NCBI GenBank assembly: GCA_051362555.1
Contig: CM120642.1
Coordinates: 18,848,001-18,912,000, forward strand
Direction of reading: 5' to 3'
Origin: Lingula anatina
Lineage: Eukaryota; Animalia; Brachiopoda
DNA: 64,000 nt
The translations under genes and the position numbers were made by a program. Below, piece by piece: positions 50,590 through 62,916 of this stretch (positions within the stretch are counted from its first letter, which is position 1; every line of letters begins with the position of its first letter). Below the pieces are notes generated by a model. The model made no database searches. It was not told where the DNA came from and worked only from the letters and a program-made list of their open reading frames with translations.

Positions 50590-52700
50590 CTCCTTAAGTA
50601 AAAGTTACATGTACATCTTTCAAAATAAACAAACCCCTGATGGAAGAAAACATCAATTTTGACTTACCAAACGACTGAGTCAAATATGCAGTTTTAACAA
50701 CATTCGCCTGTAACGATACACCTCTCAATGGATACAATCTAGGTCTGGTCTGATAAGACAATAACTTAAATAGGACAATCAGATCAAGCTTGTGTACACG
50801 CACGCGCAGTGGCTCGATATACCAGATTGCTTGGTTATAGATTAATACAAGATCAATTAAAAAATATATATTTTTAACGTCACCAAGACATCAACGATAT
50901 ACGTCGCAGCTACTGTATGCGTCAATATTTATTTAATGAACGCAAAATGATAAACCGACATAGTGGATTTAGAAAAGCAAAACAACGTAGGTGTGAGTGG
51001 TGGATTTATGTATTAAAATAAAGAGAATTAAAAATCACTGCATGGCTTAAAATTGTCAAATTAAAGAGTATTAACTTTCTTCAAAATCACATACTGAGGC
51101 TTTTTGTGGAGTGACACAGTGACGAATTCAAATTCAGCGGATCACCGGAAAGAAAGTCGAAACAAGATTTGCTGAAATAAATCAATCAGTTTGTAGCCGC
51201 GAGGTGTTCATGCCAAGTAAGTGTTGTGGTAACATTAAGTATTTATTGAAAAGGGAAAGAACATCCACCAATTTCATCTAAAGTTTCCCATTCTGTATTC
51301 GTTCATGAACAGTTTTGGTGTTCTAACGTTGCTCGTCTGTTATTCTTCGATCTTTTTCTGTCCGGCACATGTAGGATTGGGATGGTTTAGTTTTTTAAAA
51401 ATCTACATGTGACTGAATACCGGACCTGGTGTCCCCTTAACTCACCGATACCGATAAAACTCTAGAAGCTGCTGGGCCACTAGCCACTGCCATTCCCATT
51501 GCAGACAGGGGGATATCATAGACAGTTTCTAGTCATGTGTCGTTGCCGAACCATATAACTGATCAAAATACTAAAGCCATGTACCGGGGTATTGACAAGT
51601 AACAAAAAGCTTAAATGATGTATTATCATATTCAAAATAAACAAGCGTTTATTACTTCCTGGAAGAATTAAATGCACATCAATGCTGTAACGAACACCAA
51701 AATTATTATAAAGGTGTTTAAAATCTTGATTGTTGTTTGGTGATAATGATGTACACATGCATTAGTGAATTTTGATGATGAACTAGTGAATTTTAAGAAA
51801 TATATACCAATAAACTTGTATTTACATTTTCTTACACGTGTGAATCTGCATGTTTCGTAAAATAATTAAAGTAATGTAGTTTTTTATTTTGTACATTTTT
51901 GTTACTTACTCTTAAAAGTAGGTTGTCGGTGATGGCGATAAAAGGTGGACATTTTGTTATCAGCGATGACGGAAAATCTTCCCCTTTTCAGATATGGTCA
52001 GGTGACAAGGGGGGGGGGCTATTTTTGCCTGCTGTCTTTATTTTACGACGAAAAATAAAATTTTATCCTATGTTTACAAATTACGCACAAATCAAAGGAT
52101 ATAAATGAAAAGAAAAACAAAGTATAAAGCACTAAAACTGTCTTTCATTTTCGCCTGGCGTGGAAGCCGTCATAGGGTGCTTTCCATTCAAATTAACGAA
52201 TCTATCACATCTATCAATCTTTTACACTACAACTTTTACTCAGTTTTCTCAAAATGAATGTTACATTTGTCAAAAAAGGCAAACTCTTGATGGAAGCCAC
52301 ATCACTTTTGACTTACCAAACAGCGGAATCAAATGTACAGTTTCAACAGCATTCGCCGCTTACGTATAACCGCACAAGGTAGACAATTAAAGTCTGGTCT
52401 GATAAGACCACCATAAAATAGGACAACTTGTTGATCAAATAGGCAGGCCAAGTTTGTGTATAGGCCCACGCAGGGATCGATATACCAGTCGCTGGTTGAT
52501 ACTTTGATTAATAAGATTAATTGGTAAATATGAACCATAAGATAACGATAATAGAGAGAGAATTGAGACTTGAATGTCTTATGTCTCAGCTACTGTAGGC
52601 GTCAATATTTGTTTATGACAAAATAATAATTCTAAATAGTGTATTTACAAAAGCAAAATAACGTAGGTGTGAGTGGTGAATTCTGTGTTTGATAAACTAA
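50590..52700. repeat. Direct duplication of a ~450-bp module (50590-51060 and 52250-52700) upstream of TRIM copy A
   Basis: Shared blocks tgatggaag..acatca.ttttgacttaccaaac, cattcgcc, gtctggtctgataagac, cagctactgta.gcgtcaatattt, aacgtaggtgtgagtggtg. Confidence 0.8.
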
Positions 52701-54369
52701 AATCGCCATGATACTATTTTCACAAAGATAACAAATCATTGCATTTGCACTTATTTTAAGAACACTTTTAATTGCAGAATAATGTTGCAACTAATATAAA
52801 ATTATTATAAACGATTACAAATAAAAGTTTGTAGATATTAATTAAAAGATTAAAAGAAAAAGAAAGAAGACAGGTCTCTGTTAAGAGTAATTTATTTTGT
52901 AAGTTTTGGTTGTATAATAGGAATTTGTGAAAGTCATCAAAACTGAAAGACACTCGTCTGTTACCTTTTAAGTCCCCAAGCATTAGAGGATTTATCAATC
53001 CTTTCGAGTTATTTCTTAAAAGGAAAACCTTTACTGACGTCGCTGTGCTATCCTCTCTAACACATTTGACCGATTTCTATGGAAAAGTCGCAATTCGTTT
53101 GAAGACGGCTGAAAGCAAAATTCTCCAACCGATAAATAGGCACGTAACTGGAGGGCGAAACTTTTAGCAATGATTTTAATTCAATGTTCACTATCTAACT
53201 TAGTGATGCGTTTTAATTCGTCTTCTGGAATTTAGAGACATTCCGGATTCGTGGGCTGAGAAAATGCCGAGGGTGGGGGTGGGGGTGAGGGGTTAAGTAG
53301 GGGATTACAGGTCCACAAGTAGGTTATTTTCAACTGAACGAAAAGTAAAAGTTTTCTAATGGAACGAAAGAAAAGGTTTCAATGTTTTAACATTTTAAAA
53401 AATGATGTTCTTTAAAAGTAATTAAAAAATTCAACGGGATGGGATGAATTTGGGGAGGCGTGCAACTGTGTCTGCTATATTATTGTGAAAAGGTAAACAT
53501 AGCTTCGTAGATAGCACTGTTACCAAACGTTCATGTGATTGTTACTACACATAAACCGTTTTCACAGACAGACATATATCAAATCTATTGGTTAGTATGT
53601 TTTTGAGATACCAAAGGTCAATGGAACATATTAAATTAATAGCAAACTACACATGATGCAGTACCGCAGTAGACTTCAGTTCATCGTTTTACCCCCCCCC
53701 CCCCCTTGAGTGTATATGCCTTAAAAATCAACAGGTCTGACAAAATTTTACTTTGCCACAACGCAAGTGAACACCCTATGTGTTCTATAAACATCTGATA
53801 TCAAATGAGATGAGGAGTAAAAATCTACTGACATTTAATCATTTGTTCACTATGAAGGCATTGGCTCTATCGCTGTGTGAAGCTTTACTTCACGCTCAGT
53901 CTAAGTATTATTTGATTTGTTACGGTATTCATTTCAAAGTGATACATTTCAATGTAAAGGATAGTGTCACCCTTTGGCCAAAACTCCTTATTTTTTTGCC
54001 TTACACACATTCTTTGGGGTAATAGATAAATCTTCTCTGTTCAGTGACTAAATTAATTAAAATTTACATATATGAAATCTTCCGGGTGACGTCACAATTT
54101 TGATTTTGGGGTAAAAACTGAAAAATTGGATTCTCAATTTTTTTTCCGAACGAGCACCCAAGATCAGCCGTTTCAACACCGATTTAATGACACCATTTAG
54201 TACTCCAAAACCCTGCCAGCGATTTTTCTTAAAAGTCTTAGTTTAGATTTTATTGTTGCAAAAGCAAAATAATGCCTTAAATGATTTAAGGCAAATTTGA
54301 AATTCGGGGCTCATAACTCCTTAACAAAAACATTTAAACCAAAATAACGGCAAGGATTTGTAGTCCATA

Positions 54370-54583
54370 CCCTTCTGGCCCCGCGGCGTGGGGTTCGGGG
54401 CCCGCTGAAGGGTTCCAAAGATTTTTGGTATTTAATAGGGAAAACGGTGACATTTGGTACGGTTTAGATCTATGATTCAGCTAGAAAAAATTCTAATTTC
54501 AGAAGGGGACCAATGGTATGATTTTTTTCAGAAATCCAAGGGGGTTCTGGACCCCCTGACACCCCTCTTTAAATCCGCCATTG
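54370..54583. mobile_element. MITE fragment of the 41639/58978 family (inverted)
   Basis: Ends taaatccgccattg. tttggtacggtttagatctatg...ttctaatttcagaagggga is the reverse complement of 59045-59100. Confidence 0.7.
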
Positions 54584-56112
54584 CCTGGTCAATTTCGCTA
54601 ATTGTCGTAATAAAAATCATGTTCGGGTATTAAGTTTTAACTTAGATTAAAATCCCCATATCGATTGCTACCTCACCTCAAAATAGGTGTTAAATTAAGG
54701 CCTTGAGTTACCTACGCTTATTCATTGCAACGTAAATACATAAACGCCTATATATTATATTTTCGACACCGTTTTATTTATTTATTTTTTTAATCAGCAC
54801 AAACACAGATGCATATTTTTATAGTTAGATGCAGGAAAAACTCATTATCACTATTTGGATGATAAGAAATGCTTACAATACCCTTAAACATTTCTTAATT
54901 CATCATTGTTTTTGTTAAGACTAAATTCACCAAATAATTCGATGTGCGACTATTACATGTAGCTATATTTTACTAAATTACATCGCCATTTCATAAAATC
55001 AATTAACGATAAAAAGGAAGATGTGAGTTGCTGCTAGTCTTTATTATCAAATAATCATTTGGCATTGATCAGTAAGTGTATTTTTCCATAGGAAAACATT
55101 CACGCTGTTGTTCTTATGGTCAGAAATCGATCACTTTGTGGAGATGACACCCACAACCACCAACAAAAATTAGTGAAAAAGCAAATTAATTAAATAAAGT
55201 TAAAAGAAAAACGCGCAACTCTAGAATTTATCTGCTATACCCATTAAACAGCAAATATTTGTAAAAAACAATAACTAAATAGAGTCCGCCAATTCTGCTC
55301 ACAAGGAGACGCCGTACATGTACGTTAACCATTTTGTCAGATGGCAGGCCCATAAACGCCAGTGCTGTGTAACTTCAGTGTTTGAGTAACTTCAGTACAA
55401 AGCACAGATTCTTTACTGCCCGTTTTGGGGAAAGAGTGATATCATTATTACACAGAACAAAATAATGTTGTCGCTAAATGTTTGAATGTTCAATGTATAA
55501 TATTTCCAGAGACGATGGCTGGGTTGTGATGTTTACTGCAGATCACCAGATATACATTAACTTCTCACGTCAACATAAATAATTATTTCGTACAAGGGTT
55601 CAACAAATATTTAAGTGAAACTTTAATATAAACAATAATATTATTTTTGTTCAGGAGTAAATAATACAACCCTCCTACACAGAATGAGTTACTAAATCTA
55701 TAAAGCAAAACTACTAAGCAAGTAGAGCACTCAACACACACACACATACACACGCACACACACACCACCGTACCACCACCACCACCACACCAGGCAAACG
55801 CACTCAAACGGTTATGAAAAGTTTTTTACAAAAGCAAACCTATCACAAGTGATTTAAAATAAATAAGTGTCTTTTATTAAAATAAACCACTTAGAGTTTC
55901 AATTTACAATAGTTCAGCCTTAAGCGGTACTGTTTATATACATGTACCTACCAACATTCCCATAACAAATCAAATCGCAACAACGGTTCAATTTTAAATC
56001 TTTCAAATATTTCTTAAAAATTCAATATACTTTTATGTCGGCCTTTTTGCATATTTTTCTCGATCTGTAGCATAATGTTTACTTTTCACATTTCGTGTTT
56101 TAAATTGTTCTC

Positions 56113-58023
56113 TTAATCTTGGAGGGCAAAGCACTTTACAGCTCCTCTATTCTCGACAACGACAACCTTTCCATCAGGGGTGAGGGCAACATCCTGTGGG
56201 GATTTCAACCCGTCTTCTTTGGTAAGAAGAAACTTCTTAAACACACCGTCCGGAGAGAGAAGATGAAGGCGATTGTTTTTGTCATCAACCAATATGATAT
56301 CACCGTTTGCCAAGCAGCACATTCCCTTTGGTTCGTTCACCTGACCATCACCACAGCCTTTGGTTCCGTACGTGAACTTCAGCACACCGGATACGGGGTT
56401 GTAGGAGAGTACTTTGTGAGCACTGGGATGTGACACAAGAATATCACCTGTAACGCTGACTGCGACATGTTTGAAGACATTGCCTTGCAGTGGATCAGGA
56501 AAACTATGAGCGACCTGCCCATCCTTGTCGTGGATGTATATTGCTTCCCTTCCAGCAATGACGTACTGGCCCTTGCTGTCCACTGACACTGCGTGCGGCT
56601 GTGGGCTGTGGAAACTAGATAGCAGTTTGCCTTCCCTGCTGAAGATCATTACCAAGTTATCTGCCTGTGACCGCAAGACAACGTTTCCATCTTGGTCGAA
56701 TGCAATACAAGCGAGACCGCTTACCTTTAACTCAGGGTTTGTTAAAGTCGCCATTAAGCGCCTGTTAATGTCGTATACGTTGATCTTGTTCCTCTCCTTA
56801 TCCTTTGTACACCATACACCAACATATATGCGCCCTTCAGCATCTACAGCTACATGCGATAGTGTTTCCTTAGGATCAGTATTTAGGTCTACGCGGAATG
56901 ACCACAACAGTTCCTTGTCCCTGGCATGTCGCATCTCGCCCATACACTCACGAATGACAGTTGACATATTGTTGACATGCTTGGCATCTAGGGTTAGGCT
57001 TTTGGTGGTTGGGATGGTCGGTAGCTTCATCTCGGTTAATTCCTTGCTGCGTCTCAGGCAGTTTGCCATGATCTGCAAGACCTCTGGGTCGGAACCGTGA
57101 GTAATTAAGGTGTTGGTAAATTCCCTGAAGCTCACAAAACATCCCTGGATCAATTCTAGCTCCTTTTCCATGGGTTCCAGGACTTCCTTTTCCTGGATCA
57201 TAGCTTCGTCCACTTCTTTACGCATGCGATCCCCATTGGTTCTAACCAACGCAACGAGATCTTCCTCACGATTGCTAATAGATTTCTTCAGTTCCTCGCC
57301 GTGACAATGTAAACCCGTCTTGCGTAGCTTCATGATTGAAAGAAGACTCGTTACTCTTGTTTCTTGCTGACCAATCTCTTCTTCGGCGGTGGCCAAGCTA
57401 TCTCTTCCACCTTTGGCAGCTGATGGTATGTACTCGCATTCGTGATCTTTGTGTTTAAGAGAAACGCATATTCCACATATGAACTTTACGCAGCCACAAC
57501 AGAATACTTTAGCCAGGGTTTCGTTGTCATGGTTACACAGAATCTGTTGGCGAGAGCGAAGTTCACTGGTGTATGCTTCATCATTGAGTTCGCCCAATGG
57601 GATAAGCTGGTGGTCGCGACATCCACCGTGACGTCGGTGTTCTGCACTGCAGACGTCACACATGTTGTCATCACACTTCAAACATCTTTTTGTTGCATCT
57701 GCATCTACTGGGGGCTCTTTAAGGGCGCATGTCTCGCATTTGTCCTGCGTCTTTGCTTCGTCGACCTTGTTGACTACCTCAGCAAGATTAGCAAGAAGAC
57801 GATTTTTCTCCAAATCTTCCGTCCCCTTTTCTGGCAGCTCGCATTCCCTCCTACAGATGGGGCATGGGAAACGGCGGTTCTGGTCGAGTTTGACCTTCAC
57901 GTGCCCCTCAAGGCACCTCTTACAGAAACTGTGGACGCAAGGAAGTATTTTAGGTTCTTCATACCTTTCCTCACAAATGATGCATGTCAGGAAATCTTTA
58001 TTGAGTGCTTTTGAAAGAGCCAT
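56113..58023 (-). CDS. TRIM-NHL E3 ubiquitin ligase (TRIM2/3/56-like), copy B, intronless CDS, 636 aa
   Basis: Same domain order and length as copy A, colinear without indels. An acceptor (ctatttacag) lies ~20 nt upstream of the ATG. UTR and intron flanks are homologous to copy A. Confidence 0.93.
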   Translation of the reverse strand: MALSKALNKDFLTCIICEERYEEPKILPCVHSFCKRCLEGHVKVKLDQNRRFPCPICRRECELPEKGTEDLEKNRLLANLAEVVNKVDEAKTQDKCETCALKEPPVDADATKRCLKCDDNMCDVCSAEHRRHGGCRDHQLIPLGELNDEAYTSELRSRQQILCNHDNETLAKVFCCGCVKFICGICVSLKHKDHECEYIPSAAKGGRDSLATAEEEIGQQETRVTSLLSIMKLRKTGLHCHGEELKKSISNREEDLVALVRTNGDRMRKEVDEAMIQEKEVLEPMEKELELIQGCFVSFREFTNTLITHGSDPEVLQIMANCLRRSKELTEMKLPTIPTTKSLTLDAKHVNNMSTVIRECMGEMRHARDKELLWSFRVDLNTDPKETLSHVAVDAEGRIYVGVWCTKDKERNKINVYDINRRLMATLTNPELKVSGLACIAFDQDGNVVLRSQADNLVMIFSREGKLLSSFHSPQPHAVSVDSKGQYVIAGREAIYIHDKDGQVAHSFPDPLQGNVFKHVAVSVTGDILVSHPSAHKVLSYNPVSGVLKFTYGTKGCGDGQVNEPKGMCCLANGDIILVDDKNNRLHLLSPDGVFKKFLLTKEDGLKSPQDVALTPDGKVVVVENRGAVKCFALQD

Positions 58024-58977
58024 TGTTTTTGATGCAGGCCTTCTGTAAATAGAGAATGAAATTAGGTTAATGGGGAGAGGCGTGTGTAAGATCTTAATAC
58101 TTAAAAGTATGGGGCTTGTAGAATAAGTTCATCGATTGACGTCTGTTACCCGTTTTCATAGGGTTTTCCTTTTTCAGCAACAGTGTTACAGAAATTTCGT
58201 TCTTTATCTTTGCTACTCAGACGTATACTTGTACCGCTTGATGACACTAAATATTTTCCGTTTCATACAATGCTTCTTTTTGTTTCCCTCTACCAGAGTA
58301 TTTGTGCTCTTTTCTCTAAGTTAAGAAATGTGCCAGAAATGTGTGTATGTCTAGTGAAAAAGCAATCCGTGGCCCTGGTAAAGGGTAACCTTTGTGTCAT
58401 TTATAAAGTATTTCAATAAGTATTTCACTGAGGTGCTCCTAACAAGCGACTAGCATTACAGTATATATATTCTTTGGTGTTCTTTGTGACTGTCACTTAC
58501 ATTGGGAATTTTAAAAATGACGACTTATTTTGTGAAAAAAAGATATTCTAGTGAACGAAATGCTGACTTGTCGATTTGCACGTCTTCACGTAGGTTCGAT
58601 TTCATCGGTATCGGTATTTCATCAGTATCGATGCTGAGCTATTTAATGACCTTCGCTGTAAATTTACATAATCAAATATGTGGCAGTTAAGTTGATATCA
58701 TATAGGATTGACATCACATATATTTCATCTATTTTTTATTAGTAATTATAAAATGGCATATTAAACTCACACTGTATTTTGTACGGATACTGTTATATAT
58801 ACACATTAATTGAGATATTTTAATGTATTTATAATGACATCTGAGAAAAAATACGAATAATCCACCCAATAAATTCCATTTAGCTGTCCATTTTTATGCA
58901 GCTTTATGTACTAGTTAGGTCATTCGTCAATATGTCTGTCATAAAACAACCAGTAAATAATTAACAGATCAAACCTT

Positions 58978-59245
58978 TAGTGGTGGATACCCCCCTGACC
59001 CCCCTTTGGTTTCTGAAAAAATATCACATCAATATTCCCTTCTTCCTTCTTGAAATTAGAATTTGGACTAGCTAAAACATAGTTCTAAACCGTACCAAAG
59101 GGCACCGTTTGCCCACCAAAACACCAAAAAATTTTAGGGATTTTGAGCAGGCCCCGAATCCCGAACCGCACGCCAAGGGGGCGATGGTCGACTTTGCATC
59201 AAAGGTCTGTCGTTCCAGACCCCCCCCCCCCCCCCCCCCCCCCCG
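58978..59245. mobile_element. MITE of the cagtggcgga family upstream of TRIM copy B
   Basis: Starts tagtggtggat; homologous to 41639 and 54370. The paralogous site in copy A (catacctaggttaa, ~49830) is empty; aacct occurs on both sides. Confidence 0.7.
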
Positions 59246-59859
59246 AACCTAGGTTAAGCAATCGATTTGTAAGTCTATTTCAAGATAAATTCTTATCTCA
59301 AAAAAAGTCCGACAGGCCCTGTATCAGTTGTAATGTTAATGTCAATGTTAGGAGTACAGCAAACTTGAGGATTAATGTAAACAAAAAAATCCCCCTTTTA
59401 GACATGTATTCAGACGTAGGGTGGTGACGTCACCAACAAAGCAATTATAAAATCGGCAAAGTTCAAATATAGGCCTCCATCAACAGTGAATTTCGACGGT
59501 CACATCATATTGACACAAAATTGACTTTTCTTCCATCGTAGAAATACAGGTAAGCATGACCTTACATTTAAACGGATAAAAATCGTCCTAGATCTATTTT
59601 CACTTTCAAATCTTGTTGTGATCGAAATCGGAGACCATTTTATAAACCTTGCCTTCTAAATTTCATTCAAATATCACAATTGATGATGAACTTTGAATTC
59701 CAAAGATGAAATATCGCATACCGTTAGAAATCAAATAGTACCACGGGCGAAAATTTCTATGTATTTTACTCACCAAAAGCTTCAACCAACCGCACCCTTC
59801 ACAACACAGTTTAAGACGCAACTGTCGCGAACCGCAAGTAAACAGAAAAAAACCCGGCG

Positions 59860-59960
59860 TGTATTTTTAGTCCACAATCCCACGTAGTAGTGAGTGGATG
59901 GGGACACAATGAACTTATTGACGTCACTGAGCGTTTAAATAGAAAAAAAAAGCCAATCAC
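59860..59960 (-). promoter_or_regulatory. Candidate promoter of TRIM copy B
   Basis: TGACGTCA (~59919) and AGCCAATCA (~59951). An acgtag..gtgagtgg block is shared with both modules upstream of copy A. Candidate minus-strand donor gtaagg at 59560-59565. Confidence 0.45.
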
Positions 59961-62039
59961 TGAACGCAGTTTATAGCAAGGTTCAGTCTTTTTGTTGAAG
60001 TTGAATAAGGGTTTTGGGATTAAGGGCTTTGGGTTAAATGTAGTTGAATTTTATTGAAGTTATTTATCTTACTGGCCGTCATTATACTACAAGTTTGTCG
60101 TTCTCATTTGAAGTTTTCATTGTGACATCATAGGCCCTAAGGTTAAATCCGAAGGTTAGTGATATCACCAACAAAGCCATATTATACAGGTGGCAGAGTT
60201 CAATCAAACATAGGTAATTAATCACAACGGTGGCATTATATTGGCAGAAAATTATCTTACCTTGCAGAAATATAAGTAAGCTTGACCGTATAGTTAACAT
60301 AATCTTTGGTCTATTTTCACTTATGGTTACACGAATGGTTCTCTGTTGTGATCAAAGTTGCCATATGACTGAAGTGGAGACCATTTTGTTAGCCTCGCAT
60401 TTTAAATAATTTAAATTAATTGTTATAACAATTGATGAGCTTTGAATCCCAATGAAAATATTTAATAATTCAATAAATCAAACAGTACTGTCGGTAAAGA
60501 TTTCCAGGCATTGTACTCATCAAAAGCTTTAACCACACCCTTCACAACCTTTTTTTAATGACCTGTGAAATGTACAAATTATTCTAACACTTTGTTGGCC
60601 TCTGAACTTATTGAACTTTAACATCATTCACACGCTTCCAAAGACCCGTGAACTTATCACATCAATACTTTTATAGGGCTTAGATATTTTCCACTTCTTA
60701 TTGGATTTTTTATCAATTTTTTTTATTTTAGATTAAAACACAGCTGTTTTGACTGGCACATATAATTTTAAAACAGAAAAAATCCCTCGTGTATTTTTAG
60801 TCCATAATTCCCAAGCTTATCGACTGGCCAACCAGCTTGTGCCCTCAATGTTTATATGACAACAAATTTTTTTTTAAAAATGTCGTGGAAAATATTTTAG
60901 TAAATTTACTTAAACCAGGATGAGTACAAACTATTCATGTTCAGGTTACTGCATCATTCTTCAAACCAAAATAAGGTATTATTTCATTTGTATGGAGACA
61001 TATGTATGTGTTAAAACACATACATAGTTAAACCATTGTATACAAACTTATACTTTCGAAGTGATAAAATTAATTTGTAAATAATCTTCATTTGCTGTTA
61101 AAAATAAAGTTATGCAGAAAATTTAATATGATAACACAACAACATAAATATTGTACTGATTTAATCTTTACTCACTTTCTGACCAATAATTAAATAAATA
61201 CAGCATAAGTTTCACTTTAATTGTGTAAAATTAGGGAAAAAAAGTGCCAAAAATAAGTAGCTAAAATGCTAATACAATGGATGAAAAGGTTGTCCAAAGG
61301 TGGAAGTAACCATGCAATCTTGTGTACTTAGTACACTTTGTCTAGAAGTATTGTCAATAATTCATAATTTTTTTAAGTAAATATAAAAACAAATACAAAT
61401 AAATGCTTGAAAGTAAAAGATGGGACATTCATCAATTGTAAAAATTGTTAATATTGTAAGTTTTTGCTGTATAATATGAATAAATGTTTACAATGATTTT
61501 TTCTTTTGTATTTCATTTACAAAGTTCAGACAATGAAAGCTACAGTGAAGCCTGGTGTCCTTCTTATAAGTATTGGATAACAATAAAGTTAAAGCTCAAA
61601 ACATACAGAGAAAATTCAGGTGTTTATACTGGATAACAAAGATGGTAGTAAAACAATAAAGGAAACTGTACTGTAATTGTATATTTAATGATAATAAATG
61701 AACTGTAATAAATTATCAAATTGCTCTCTCTCTCTCTCTCTCTTTCTCACTCTCTCTCTCAGAAATTCTATCATACACACTACAGCTATATAATATCAGC
61801 TACATATATTTGGTTAACAAAACAACTCTACAAGTACACCAGTCTAAAACCATGCACAACATTTAAAACTGCCAGTGAGCACAATAATATTAAATTGAGA
61901 TCTACAAATACACAAAACATTAAATCCACATACTGTTTGTGCTCAATAATGATGTTATAATAAATGCAATTTAATATGTAGATGACCTCTGCTCTGCTTC
62001 TCTTCCTTGTGGAGAATTTAGTTCAAATTTGTGTTATTT

Positions 62040-62092
62040 TCATCTGTCTAATTTACTGGAGAAGGGAATCAATGTCTGCTTCTTTCCTCTTC
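62040..62092 (-). CDS. Probable terminal coding exon of an unidentified minus-strand gene starting beyond the right edge
   Basis: Acceptor tttttcatttcag then purine-rich GAAGAGGAAAGAAGCAGAC...; frames give ..KRKEADIDSLLQ* or ..RGKKQTLIPFSSKLDR*. It is followed by ~1 kb of U-rich, 3'UTR-like sequence. Frame and identity are undetermined. Confidence 0.35.
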
Positions 62093-62204
62093 CTGAAATG
62101 AAAAATATGTAATAATCTATTACAGAAGTAAACAAGGAATATCTAACAAGGCAGCAAAGCTGTCAAATGTACAGACAAAGAACAGAAAATAAAGATGCAA
62201 ATAA

Positions 62205-62916
62205 GTGAAAAATTAAATTTTCACAAAAAACTGTTAAATTGCCAGAAAAATTTACCAAACAGACTGCATTGCCTATTGAAGCTGTATTTTAGTGCCATGT
62301 TTCTTTCCTATAAGTTTGAGAACAGTAAGTGATATGATTTCCCTTCAATGGTCATCATAGGAGCAGTGCCCAAAATAGGGGTTTCTTCAAATTTTGATAC
62401 AACATTAAATAATGTTTAACAGCATAATGACAATCAAATGTTATTAATAAAATATTAGTAACATGGACATTCAGAAAATGTGACAAGCAAAAGTCTTCAA
62501 GATCATGGAACTTTAAAGTCACACCTTGAAAATGCCAATATGTGAAAAATTAAATTTTCACAAAAAACTGTTTAACTGCCAAAAAAAAAAATAAATAAAA
62601 AATAAAAATAAAATAAAAAAAAAAATACCAAACAGACTGCATTGCCTACTGAAGCTGCATTTTAGTCCCATGTTTCTTTCCTGTAAGTTTGAGAACAGTA
62701 AGTGACATGATTTTCCTTAAATGGTCATCATGGAAGCAGTGCCCAAAATAGGGGTTTCTTCAAATTTTGATGCAATATTACATAATGTTTAACAGCTTAA
62801 TGACCATCAATTTTTAATTATAAAATATTTGTATCACAGATATTCAGAAAATGTGACTAGCAAAGGTCTTCAGGCCCATGGGACTTCAAAGTCACGCCTT
62901 GAAAATGCCAAAATGT
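62205..62916. repeat. Tandem duplication, two ~340-370-bp units
   Basis: gtgaaaaattaaattttcacaaaaaactgtt starts at ~62205 and ~62542; both units end ccttgaaaatgccaa. Confidence 0.85.

Noticed and set aside
47225-58048. Plus-strand ORFs of 100-191 aa overlapping both TRIM genes
   Set aside because: Antisense shadows; they are shared between copies only because the CDS is duplicated.
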